IMG/VR virus record: IMGVR_UViG_3300032242_003291
Coordinates: 1-64,000 of that record
Strand: one strand, 5' to 3'
DNA: 64,000 nucleotides
The position numbers and the translations under genes are program-made. How positions within the stretch are numbered: the stretch's first letter is position 1; each line of letters begins with the position of its first letter. Below the pieces are notes generated by a model that ran no database searches, was not told the origin of the DNA, and saw nothing but the letters and a program-made list of their open reading frames with translations. Of the stretch, positions 48,144-57,280 are shown piece by piece.

Positions 48144-48873
48144 GAAAAAAGTCAGCCCCAAAACCAACGTTGACTGTTAGTTTTTCTCCTGATGGGGTCA
48201 TTACTGTTTTTCTCATGTCCAACTTTGGTTCATTGTCATCCATGAATTGTTTAATATATTTAGAATCTGCAATTGGCATTTGTTCAACAAATTTGGCAAT
48301 CTCGGCTTTATCAACAATGCCACCTATCTCAACAATTTGTTTATTCAATCTCCAAGTTATTTTTGGTACTACTCTACCTTGTGGATAAGAATCACCCATT
48401 CTCTGAATCTCCATTAATTCACCATATGTTAATGGTTTAATTTTAGCTGATGTTTGAGACTTAGGTAATGTAACTGTAAATGTACCATCTTCATTAGGTG
48501 ACTGACCTTTAATGATTGATAGTTCACTTAAATCAACAGAGGTCTGAAATGGTTTTCTTGTTATCGTGTCAGTAACAGTAATTTCCATCTCAGGTCCAAA
48601 AGAAGTGTTTCTTAAAAAGATTAGAATTGCTTCAACATCTCCCTCTAACATATCTTCAACCTTCAGGTCGGGTTCATAAATTTTATTTCTCAATAATGTT
48701 GTGGTAATATCATTTACACCACCCATTAATGTGTTCTCATCGTTGGCTGTTAAATAACCAACTTTAACTGACTTTTTTTTATTTTTATAAAACACTCCTT
48801 CCGATGGTAATCGTACAACATCGTGGGGTAGTGAAAAGTCTCTTTGTCCGTATTCTCTTGATTGGTCTTCCAT
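48130..48873 (-). CDS. Tail/baseplate-hub assembly chaperone (T4 gp26-like, gpG role), 247 aa
   Basis: LPHDVVRLPSEG...YLTANDE...DVEAILIFLRNTSFG; between tube and tape measure. Start revised to ATG 48873 (MEDQSRE). Confidence 0.75.
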   Translation of the reverse strand: MEDQSREYGQRDFSLPHDVVRLPSEGVFYKNKKKSVKVGYLTANDENTLMGGVNDITTTLLRNKIYEPDLKVEDMLEGDVEAILIFLRNTSFGPEMEITVTDTITRKPFQTSVDLSELSIIKGQSPNEDGTFTVTLPKSQTSAKIKPLTYGELMEIQRMGDSYPQGRVVPKITWRLNKQIVEIGGIVDKAEIAKFVEQMPIADSKYIKQFMDDNEPKLDMRKTVMTPSGEKLTVNVGFGADFFRPFF

Positions 48874-48875
48874 AT

Positions 48876-48913
48876 AAAAAAAAATAACCGTAAGGGTTAT
48901 GTCCTTACGGTTA
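48876..48913 (-). terminator. Rho-independent terminator after the tail tube gene
   Basis: TAACCGTAAGG-ACATAAC-CCTTACGGTTA followed by nine T. Confidence 0.85.
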
Positions 48914-48946
48914 AATATAATTATTTTTAGTTTTTTATAAAGAGTA

Positions 48947-49435
48947 TTAGTAAACCAATACACATCTGTCCATTCTCAAAGTAGCTGCGATTGTCGCTAA
49001 AGCATCTGTATTATACGCAAGTGAGTTGAAGTTAACATCAGTCATAAATGTACCATATAAAATCCATTTTTCAACAACAACACCTGTTGGGTCTAACATC
49101 TCCAAGTCAATATCTTTTTTATAACCTGCAGCATATCCCATTCTACCTGTAACTGATTCCGCGCATAGACGAACCCACTCCATAAGAGCTTGAGCCGCTG
49201 AAGGACCAATTGGGTCTCTAAACACACAGTTAATTGTTTGCCATGTGAATCTACCCGCAACATAAGTTGAAGTATTCAAGAATGGTATTTCAGTTGCGTT
49301 GATTGTAATGTGTGGTCTCGCAGTACTTTCTACAAACCACTCGTTAATTCCTAAGCTTGATGGAAACCTTAAAATGAATCGGTTTTGACGTTTCGGCTCA
49401 TAAGGAATCGGCATTTTCATCAGTAAATCAGCCAT
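48947..49435 (-). CDS. Tail tube protein (T4 gp19-like), 162 aa
   Basis: YEPKRQNRF, YVAGRFTWQTI, MGYAAGYKKDIDLEMLDPTG.VVEKW motifs. Confidence 0.9.
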   Translation of the reverse strand: MADLLMKMPIPYEPKRQNRFILRFPSSLGINEWFVESTARPHITINATEIPFLNTSTYVAGRFTWQTINCVFRDPIGPSAAQALMEWVRLCAESVTGRMGYAAGYKKDIDLEMLDPTGVVVEKWILYGTFMTDVNFNSLAYNTDALATIAATLRMDRCVLVY

Positions 49436-49526
49436 ATTATTAAATTTTTGTTTCTTTGTTTATATCATATAAATATAGTGTGTTGAAAAATTTTTCTCTT
49501 TACTTTATTAATTAAAAGGAATATTC

Positions 49527-50357
49527 TTATTTAACTTCCTTTTTAATTCCTCCAGCAGTAGAATAAGTCTTAACTATATTATCTGGTTTATTTTTAAAAT
49601 GTTTTTTCATTACTTCTACGTTTTTAGGGTCATCGTCTGAAAAACCAATAGTTGGCATAGCTGGTATGAAATTATTACTTACATCTTTTTTTAACCATGC
49701 TCTTTTATTAAGTACCGCAGCCATACCTTTTATATAATCCACAAACTCGTCCATAGCACGAACCTTTGCTTCTTCAGGATTAGCAGCACCTTTTTCGTCT
49801 CCAAAAGAAACGGGGTGGTATTTGTTAAGGGCTAAATAACTTCTGATTAATTCATCATCAGACATTTCATCTTCACCTACAAATGACCTGTATTTCTTTA
49901 AGTTTTTAACTAATTCATCTTTATTTATACCATTAAAATCGTTGATGATATAGTTGTAAATAGCTTCTTTTAGTGTATTTGGATTGTGTCCTCTTGCCGT
50001 AATAATTGAAAAAATCGAACCGTTATTAATAGCTTCTTTAAAGTCTTTGAATGCTGGTCCTGGTTTTGCTTTCATTGCATCTACCAAAAAACTTTTGTCT
50101 CCCTCAGTTCTGAAATTTCTAAATGGGTCAGGAGCAAATCCTATAATAGTGTGTCCATCATAGTCGAAATCATTCTTACCGATTTGACTTCTATACTCTG
50201 CAAAATCATCAGTACTCATTGGTACTTCCTCATCATTATCGTCTTTCAAAATAATCTTCGTAGGCATGTGAACAATATTGTCGTCCCAATCAAACGCATA
50301 ATATTTCAAATCTGGAGTTTTTTCGTCTCTGAAACCTTCGTTAATTTTTCTTTTCAT
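49527..50357 (-). CDS. HAD-superfamily-like protein, 276 aa
   Basis: Motif I AFDWDDNI, motif II IITARG, motif IV GFSDDD. Confidence 0.55.
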   Translation of the reverse strand: MKRKINEGFRDEKTPDLKYYAFDWDDNIVHMPTKIILKDDNDEEVPMSTDDFAEYRSQIGKNDFDYDGHTIIGFAPDPFRNFRTEGDKSFLVDAMKAKPGPAFKDFKEAINNGSIFSIITARGHNPNTLKEAIYNYIINDFNGINKDELVKNLKKYRSFVGEDEMSDDELIRSYLALNKYHPVSFGDEKGAANPEEAKVRAMDEFVDYIKGMAAVLNKRAWLKKDVSNNFIPAMPTIGFSDDDPKNVEVMKKHFKNKPDNIVKTYSTAGGIKKEVK

Positions 50358-50365
50358 GTTTGGCT

Positions 50366-50394
50366 AAAAATAGGGGGGGATTAACCCCCCATTT
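50366..50394 (-). terminator. Rho-independent terminator after the sheath gene
   Basis: GGGGGG-TTAAT-CCCCCC(C)TATTTTT on the minus strand. Confidence 0.7.
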
Positions 50395-50396
50395 TA

Positions 50397-53300
50397 TTAG
50401 ATATTTTCAAATGAAGCACCTGTTGGTGTGATAAAGAATTCGATATCAATGAATTCAAGTGCTTTAGTTGGTTTAAGGTATATTTTACCTGTAAGTCTAT
50501 TCGCATCTAAATCTTCAGGTGAAGACGATACTGTTACACGGAAATCATAAAGACCTCTGTCTCTTCTGATACCATCTAAGATAGGGTTAACACTATCTAA
50601 GAATTGTTGTCTAACGATTTGGTCATTTTGTTCAAATAACAATCTAATAGCTACAGCTGAAATTAACTTACGAGCTTGTAATAACAATCTTCTAACATTT
50701 AATCTGTTAAGAGCCGTATCAGCAACTTGTAAAGTTTTGTTACCCCAAATTACTGTCCCAACGTCAGAGAATGTTGCAATTGGGTTGATTCTACCTTGAT
50801 AAAGTGTATCTCTATCTTCTTGAGTCAACTTAACTCTTGCTTTGATTGAATTCACAAGACCTCTAGTGTAACCCGCCGATGCGAACCAAGGGAATGCGAT
50901 GTTATCAGTCAATGCTAAGTTTCTACAAACTTCACCTGTTGGAGGTAAGTAGATTTGTGTATTGTTTACAGTATCTCTTGTTAATATCCAAGGATAGTAA
51001 GTAGCAGTATAGTTAGAGTCGATTCCAGTATTATCAAGGTTATCGACCGCTTCTTGAGGGTAAATAATTGCTTGAGGGTCAGTAGAATCTGGTAAGTACA
51101 TGTTATAGTCAGGAGTTGTTGTGATATACACAGAGTCAGCTCTTGAATATTGTATCATTTGAATTGCTTCTTCAACTAAATTAGAGTTATAAACATAATC
51201 GATTCCACCTGTTGCAAAAACGTTAATGTTTGTCGCTTCAGGGTTAGCGAATGTTAAAATACCAAGTAAGTAAGCGTAGTAGTCAGTGTTAGCAAAGTCT
51301 TGAGTATTGTTTTGAACAACAATTCTCTTGAATAATCCATCACCTGTTGCCGTTGGGTATCTTACTGAAGCGGCTGCTCCAGCTAAATAACCTGATGCCC
51401 CTAATTGGAATCTATCTTCGTTAGTTCTATATTCTCTGTAGATATCCCATCCGTCAAATCCACCTGCGAAACATACTGTGTATTTTCTTGAGTAAATGAA
51501 GTAATAAGGATTTTCTTGTGTTGCTGGGTCAGTTCTGAAATCTGCAACTCCACACTCAAATGCTGTCTCACCACTTGTATCATAGAAGTTACCAATTGTT
51601 ACAACAGTTGCTCCTGAGTCCATATGGAAACCTTTAGATAAAACGTTCCAAGCAATTGAGTCAGTCGCTGTTGCCCAAGCTTGTTGTGGGTTTTGCTTTC
51701 CTTTATAATCTAAGAATGATTCGTCAATACCATATTCAGATGAGAATCCTAAATAAGCTCTTCTAACAATATTACCTGGTGACTCAACAGTGTTTGGTCC
51801 ACCATAAGGACTACCGAATGGAGGGTCAGCAATTACTTCACCTGGGTAGTAATACTTTGTTTTATATTTTGGATATGGTGCTGGATTAGACATGCTACCA
51901 TATTGTCTTTGAATATAACCGTAAAATCCACATGGGATAGAATCAACAGGTGCGTTGTCTGCCATTTCTAACATAACGTATTTTGAAAGAAGTGCAAACT
52001 CACCATTTGATGTACCAATTTTCTTAGCAACGTAGTTGTTAGAAGCTGGGTCCATATTACAATTAGTGAATTTTTCGATAACAACTGGATTTGCATCTGT
52101 ATCATAGAAATTTCTAACCAACACATCAAAACTCATATTATTAAAAGATAAGTTAGCAATTGATACTTTAATTTCATAGTTTGCAGAATCACCATCTGAT
52201 ATTGAAATAAACTTAAATAAGTTATAAACTTTATTACCTCTCAACTCAGATACTAAGTATGGTGTTTCAGGTGATTGATATTTTTCTAAATTCCAAGCTA
52301 TTGAAGAACTATTTTGACTTCTAGCATCAGGTAGTGCAACCAACTCACAATTTAATCCTTTGATATAACCTTGGTTGAAAGCATAATTTAAAGTACCTGG
52401 ATAAATTTCTTCAACAAACACAGGAACTTCATATCTTGATTTACCGAAGTTATCAACACCTAATACCTTTGTTATATATTTTGAATCTGCAGCACCTAAA
52501 GAAGCCTCAAGTGCAAAATTGTTACCTTCGATAGTGACACCTGATAATAAGAAGTGTGCATAAGGTGATTTAGTAATACCTGAGTATTGACCACTACAAA
52601 CCATTTGTAAATCTGTTAATCCACTTACTTGATAAATTGGACCGTGACTCATACTTGATGAACTGTTATCATAAAGTGAAATACCTCTTGAACGAAGTGT
52701 TGCAATAACCATGTTATTGAATTCAGGATATGCAGAACCCATAAAAGTATTAAGATTACCTGTTAAAGTACCTGTATATTCTCCTGTTGCACCAGTTACA
52801 TAATTAATAATCTCATAGTAAAAAGAATAACCTGAATAATTGTTATCCATGTAGTTATTGAAATTAGCATAATACCAAGGGTCGTTACTATTTGAACTCA
52901 AATCGTTAGTTTCTAAATTAGGTGAATCACAAAGATATTCGTTAACAACTGTACTATAGCTAGATGTTAAACTCCAATAATCTGAACCAGGGATTGAACC
53001 ATAAACATATGCTGTTGTAGCAGATAAGGTAGGTGTATCATAAACAAAACTTGTACTTTTTTGAAAGTCATTGAATAATGTTGATGTGCTTCCGTCACTT
53101 AAAACATATTGTACGTATAAATTTGGTTGGATGTAAGTTGTAAATATTGAATCAGATGAAGTGAACTGGAAAGTTCCTCCTGTCACATTACCACTGAAAT
53201 CAATAGTAAATGTTAAACCTGTCATATCAACATCAACAGTTGTTGGGTCTACGTTAGATGTTACTCTAATGCTCCATGATGGACCTGCATCATAACCTGA

Positions 53301-53606
53301 TAAACCTAATACTCTTGTTACGAATAATTGGTTCGATTGTTGTAAATAAGATTTTGCGATATACGCAGCTTCATATTTTGGGATTTGTGTATTCACAAAT
53401 TTAACAGGTTCTGTCCCACCAAAGTAGGCTTGGAATTCGTCGTAATTTGTTATAAAAACAGGTTCGAAGGCTGGACCTTTAATTGTCTCACCAACTAAAC
53501 CTAATGTCGTTACACCCACACTCTGTGCTACGAACGATAAGTCCGTTTCTGAAGTGTATACGCCAGGTGATACGAATACTTTTTGATTTGCTTGTGCTGT
53601 TGCCAT
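50397..53606 (-). CDS. Contractile tail sheath protein (T4 gp18-like), 1069 aa
   Basis: FVSPGVYTSETDLS N-terminus; PWFASAGYTRG, LYQGRINPI, WGNKTLQ, RLNVRRLL, KPTKALEFIDIEF C-terminal domain. Confidence 0.95.
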   Translation of the reverse strand: MATAQANQKVFVSPGVYTSETDLSFVAQSVGVTTLGLVGETIKGPAFEPVFITNYDEFQAYFGGTEPVKFVNTQIPKYEAAYIAKSYLQQSNQLFVTRVLGLSGYDAGPSWSIRVTSNVDPTTVDVDMTGLTFTIDFSGNVTGGTFQFTSSDSIFTTYIQPNLYVQYVLSDGSTSTLFNDFQKSTSFVYDTPTLSATTAYVYGSIPGSDYWSLTSSYSTVVNEYLCDSPNLETNDLSSNSNDPWYYANFNNYMDNNYSGYSFYYEIINYVTGATGEYTGTLTGNLNTFMGSAYPEFNNMVIATLRSRGISLYDNSSSSMSHGPIYQVSGLTDLQMVCSGQYSGITKSPYAHFLLSGVTIEGNNFALEASLGAADSKYITKVLGVDNFGKSRYEVPVFVEEIYPGTLNYAFNQGYIKGLNCELVALPDARSQNSSSIAWNLEKYQSPETPYLVSELRGNKVYNLFKFISISDGDSANYEIKVSIANLSFNNMSFDVLVRNFYDTDANPVVIEKFTNCNMDPASNNYVAKKIGTSNGEFALLSKYVMLEMADNAPVDSIPCGFYGYIQRQYGSMSNPAPYPKYKTKYYYPGEVIADPPFGSPYGGPNTVESPGNIVRRAYLGFSSEYGIDESFLDYKGKQNPQQAWATATDSIAWNVLSKGFHMDSGATVVTIGNFYDTSGETAFECGVADFRTDPATQENPYYFIYSRKYTVCFAGGFDGWDIYREYRTNEDRFQLGASGYLAGAAASVRYPTATGDGLFKRIVVQNNTQDFANTDYYAYLLGILTFANPEATNINVFATGGIDYVYNSNLVEEAIQMIQYSRADSVYITTTPDYNMYLPDSTDPQAIIYPQEAVDNLDNTGIDSNYTATYYPWILTRDTVNNTQIYLPPTGEVCRNLALTDNIAFPWFASAGYTRGLVNSIKARVKLTQEDRDTLYQGRINPIATFSDVGTVIWGNKTLQVADTALNRLNVRRLLLQARKLISAVAIRLLFEQNDQIVRQQFLDSVNPILDGIRRDRGLYDFRVTVSSSPEDLDANRLTGKIYLKPTKALEFIDIEFFITPTGASFENI

Positions 53607-53640
53607 TATTAATTAATTCTTGTGCAGATTTATTTTAATG

Positions 53641-53647
53641 ATAAATA
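53641..53647 (-). promoter_or_regulatory. TATTTAT promoter-like motif for the sheath gene
   Basis: 34 nt upstream of ATG 53606. Confidence 0.55.
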
Positions 53648-53725
53648 TTCATTACTAACACAAAAAACTTGACTTTTGGATATGTATTTGTAAACGGTAT
53701 GAATTAATTCTGCCTTTTTTCTACC

Positions 53726-53884
53726 ATGAAAACAAAGAAAGAAATAAAGAATCTAAAAATATCACCTGAATCACATGAGATACTGAAAAAGTACTGTGAT
53801 AAAAGGGGTATTAAAATTTATAAGTTTATTGAAAATTTGATAATAGAAAAGTGCAAAGAGAAGAAAGACATTTACGGTGATTAA
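53726..53884 (+). CDS. Ribbon-helix-helix DNA-binding protein (Arc/CopG-like), 52 aa
   Basis: MKTKKEIKNLKISPESHEILKKYCDKRGIKIYKFIENLIIEKCKEKKDIYGD*: beta-strand, helix, G turn, helix. Below the ORF-track size cutoff; stop shares TTAA with the convergent gene. Confidence 0.7.
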   Translation: MKTKKEIKNLKISPESHEILKKYCDKRGIKIYKFIENLIIEKCKEKKDIYGD

Positions 53885-54921
53885 ACCAATTTATCTTCGA
53901 ACTCAATATTTGCATCTTTAGTGTTGTCATTCTTAACAACTTCAATTCTTAAAACATCGTTAGTTGTTATTTGAATTCTTTGAACATCACTACCATAATA
54001 ATCATCATTAATATAGACTTCATATGTGTCAACATTATTTGATTTAACAAAAGATAAGTCAGCGGTAAAATCAATTCTCTCACTTAATATGTTAGTCCCC
54101 GCAACAAATAAAATGTTTGATAGAAAACTATCAGGATTTTCGGGCTCCCTTCTTTTCTTTTGTCTTAAACTACTAACATCAAGTTCAAAGATTTGAGCCA
54201 CTCTTGAAATTGCTGGCTTAACCTGAAACTCCTCTTCATCAATCAAGTAACCCAACATTGTGAAGTCATAATTTTGAATAAAGTATTTTCTATTTTCTAT
54301 TTGCATTTGAGACTCGTCGGCTATATTGTTTAATATAATTGGAACATATTGTCCTTTGATAAACGTGTAGGCTTGTCTTGAAGAAAACTTTTGCATTACA
54401 ACTTTATTCAACTGATTCAATTCTCTCATTCTATTACAAATAATTTTAACTGAATAATTGATATCAACAGGAACTGGTTGTGGAATAGTATATATATCCA
54501 TACCTTGTTCATTTCCGTTCCAAGTTGGAACTGAAGCATAATAAAATTGTTTTCTATTAGGTATTGTATAAAGTAGTGCTGGGTTTGTACCAAACTTAAC
54601 TTCAGGTTGTCTCACTACAGTAATGAACGGAGGTTCGGGGTTATTATCCAAGTTAGTGAACATTGCTGTTTCAACATATTGAGACCAATTTTGACTTGTG
54701 ATTATAATATCAACCATAGGAACAATACTACCCGCACTAACTACTTGTAAATCACCCTTAACAAAATCTAACATACCTCTATCTAAATCGGCATGCAAAA
54801 CTGACTTAGGTAAATAAGTTCCATCTTTATTGATGTATTCCAACAATTGTTCCCTACGTGCAGATAATTCCTTCTTAGGAACTAAAGGTAATGTTGGTTT
54901 AACTTGTCTTGGTAATGGCAT
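53881..54921 (-). CDS. Tail terminator / sheath stabiliser (T4 gp15-like), 346 aa
   Basis: PVPVDINYSVKIICNRMRELNQLNKVVMQKF motif; directly upstream of the sheath gene. Confidence 0.6.
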   Translation of the reverse strand: MPLPRQVKPTLPLVPKKELSARREQLLEYINKDGTYLPKSVLHADLDRGMLDFVKGDLQVVSAGSIVPMVDIIITSQNWSQYVETAMFTNLDNNPEPPFITVVRQPEVKFGTNPALLYTIPNRKQFYYASVPTWNGNEQGMDIYTIPQPVPVDINYSVKIICNRMRELNQLNKVVMQKFSSRQAYTFIKGQYVPIILNNIADESQMQIENRKYFIQNYDFTMLGYLIDEEEFQVKPAISRVAQIFELDVSSLRQKKRREPENPDSFLSNILFVAGTNILSERIDFTADLSFVKSNNVDTYEVYINDDYYGSDVQRIQITTNDVLRIEVVKNDNTKDANIEFEDKLV

Positions 54922-55433
54922 TATATTCCTCTAAATTCATTTTCACTTACCCATGTAGCTGTAACCGTTCTGTAGAATGGTTTGTATCCACCGTAAGTAT
55001 GTTTATTATCAGACTTAACAAGTCCGTCATCTATCACTGTATAATATCTAACTCTATCTTCAGTTTCGTAATACCCAATGTAATCACCCATAAAGATATT
55101 GACTTGCATGTCATCAAGAGTTTTTTGGTAAATTGAAAACTTCATATTACCTGGCTCATCTTGTTTAACTTTAGAATTACCTAATAACTTATTAGTTGGT
55201 GCCATAATTTGAACCAAACCTTTAAGTTCAACAGGTGCTAAAAATTGAATTCCATCTTCTAAAACCTCACCGTATACACCATCAGTTTTTGTCTTTTGTC
55301 TATCAATACGATATAGTACAACAGTGAAATTCATGTCACCTATCAACCACTCCTCACCCATACCGATATCAAGTGAGTAATCCTCACCACCAAAAAATTT
55401 ACCTAACCTTGTAATTGGTACTAATTTTTCCAT
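54921..55433 (-). CDS. Neck / head-closure protein (T4 gp14-like), 170 aa
   Basis: Start revised to ATG 55433 (MEKLVPITR), 4 nt after TATTTAT (55438-55444); synteny with terminator and sheath. Confidence 0.55.
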   Translation of the reverse strand: MEKLVPITRLGKFFGGEDYSLDIGMGEEWLIGDMNFTVVLYRIDRQKTKTDGVYGEVLEDGIQFLAPVELKGLVQIMAPTNKLLGNSKVKQDEPGNMKFSIYQKTLDDMQVNIFMGDYIGYYETEDRVRYYTVIDDGLVKSDNKHTYGGYKPFYRTVTATWVSENEFRGI

Positions 55434-55434
55434 A

Positions 55435-55465
55435 TTGATAAATACTTTAATTATAACTATATTTA
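55435..55465 (+). promoter_or_regulatory. Candidate Bacteroidota-type promoter for the SNF2 gene
   Basis: TTG-N20-TATATTTA, overlapping the divergent TATTTAT site; weak in such AT-rich DNA. Confidence 0.35.
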
Positions 55466-55486
55466 ACTCAAATATTTTTTCCATCG

Positions 55487-57238
55487 ATGGAAGTATCAAT
55501 AGAATCAAAGTCGTTAACATTATTAGAAACCTATGAAGGGGGAAACAACTACCTTTTAGAGTTGAAGAGAAAATCTCAACTCAATAAGAAGTTTTACCCA
55601 ACAAGGAGTCAAGCGGAATACATAATTAACAACCACGACAAACAACCAAAGGTTGCAAAAAAGTGGGTTGTTCTTGATGCATATTTTGCTCAAAAACTTG
55701 CGGATGATAGATTACTCACGGTTATCCCTGAAAAGGTATGGGTGGAAAAACTATTGGCTGAAAAGGAAAAGGCATTTCATATTTGGGGTAAGATAAATGA
55801 AAACCAAGAGCTTCACGATTTTTGGTTACCCAAGGCGTCAATCATAAAAGATAATACAGTTAAAGACGTGGTTATCAATTATGAAAAATATTCTAAACGT
55901 CCCCCATTAACACATCAAAAAGAAGCGGTACAAAAACTTGTTGAGAATAAAAAGTTTATCTTGGCTGATGATATGGGTCTTGGTAAAACTACATCAACTA
56001 TAATTGCTGCTCTCGAAACAGGTGCGAAGAAAATCTTAATTATCTGTCCCGCTACTCTGAAGATTAATTGGAAAAGGGAGATTGAAAATTACTCAGAAAG
56101 ACCAATCTTTATTGCAGAAGGAAAACAATTCTCAACTGAACACGATTTTGTTATTATAAACTACGACATTATAAAAAATTTCCATGACCCTAAAAAGAAA
56201 GATGAATCGCAAATTCTTGCTTCCAATTTTGATTTGGTTGTTATTGATGAAGCACACTATATCAAAAATGCTCAAGCCCAACGTACAAAACTAATCAACG
56301 ATATTGTAAAGAAAGTTGACCGTTTATGGTTACTGACTGGAACTCCCATGACTTCCCGTCCAATTGATTATTATAACCTTTTAAGCCTAATTGATTCGCC
56401 TGTTGCCAAAAACTGGATGGCTTATGTTATAAGATATTGCCAAGGATACCAATTCAAAGTTGGTCCAAGAAAAGTGTGGAATGTTATGGGAGCATCCAAT
56501 TTGGAAGAGCTTAGGGATAGGACCGTAGGACTTACCCTCAGAAGGTTGAAAGAAGACGTTTTAGACCTTCCAGATAAAATTATTACACCAGTGTACCTAA
56601 GACTAAAGTCCAACGAGTATGAGGAGGTAATGGGTGAATATTACAATTGGTATGAAAAGAATCCTGAAGAATCTAAATCACTTACAGTTCAATTCACAAA
56701 ACTAACAAAGGTTAGACAAATCATTGCCGATGAGAAGATTGCTCAAACAATAGAACTTGCTGAGAATATCATAGAACAAGGTAAGAAGGTAATCATCTTT
56801 TGCAACTTTACAGATTCACTTAATAAAATTTGTGAACACTTTGGAAAAAGTGCGGTTAAAGTTGATGGTTCAATGTCTAAACCTGAAAGACAAAATAGTG
56901 TTGACGGATTCCAAGAAAACGAAAAGATTAAAGTTTTTGTTGGAAACATAAAGGCCGCTGGTGTTGGTTTAACATTAACTGCTGGTGAAGCGGTTATTAT
57001 GAATGACCTATCATTTTTACCGTCAGACCACTCACAAGCAGAAGACCGAGCTTATAGATACGGTCAAAAAAATAACGTACTAGTTTATTACCCCATCTTT
57101 GAAAATACAATCGAAGGAGTCATCTACGACATACTTGCAAATAAAAAACAAGTTATCTCAACAGTCTTAGGTGATAACCAAAACACAGTCGACGCAGCAG
57201 AGGAAATATTAAAAAGAATCCACGAATTGCGTCGTTAA
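55487..57238 (+). CDS. SNF2-family (HARP/SMARCAL1-like) helicase/translocase, 583 aa
   Basis: LADDMGLGKT, DEAH, LTGTP, QAEDRAYRYGQ motifs. Confidence 0.9.
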   Translation: MEVSIESKSLTLLETYEGGNNYLLELKRKSQLNKKFYPTRSQAEYIINNHDKQPKVAKKWVVLDAYFAQKLADDRLLTVIPEKVWVEKLLAEKEKAFHIWGKINENQELHDFWLPKASIIKDNTVKDVVINYEKYSKRPPLTHQKEAVQKLVENKKFILADDMGLGKTTSTIIAALETGAKKILIICPATLKINWKREIENYSERPIFIAEGKQFSTEHDFVIINYDIIKNFHDPKKKDESQILASNFDLVVIDEAHYIKNAQAQRTKLINDIVKKVDRLWLLTGTPMTSRPIDYYNLLSLIDSPVAKNWMAYVIRYCQGYQFKVGPRKVWNVMGASNLEELRDRTVGLTLRRLKEDVLDLPDKIITPVYLRLKSNEYEEVMGEYYNWYEKNPEESKSLTVQFTKLTKVRQIIADEKIAQTIELAENIIEQGKKVIIFCNFTDSLNKICEHFGKSAVKVDGSMSKPERQNSVDGFQENEKIKVFVGNIKAAGVGLTLTAGEAVIMNDLSFLPSDHSQAEDRAYRYGQKNNVLVYYPIFENTIEGVIYDILANKKQVISTVLGDNQNTVDAAEEILKRIHELRR

Positions 57239-57280
57239 AACAATATTGGATTATTTATATGAAATGGATAATCCTAAACT

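Noticed and set aside
32965-54921. Extracellular contractile injection system rather than a phage
   Set aside because: Neck proteins, DNA polymerase, helicase, SSB and RNR are interleaved, which indicates a phage genome.
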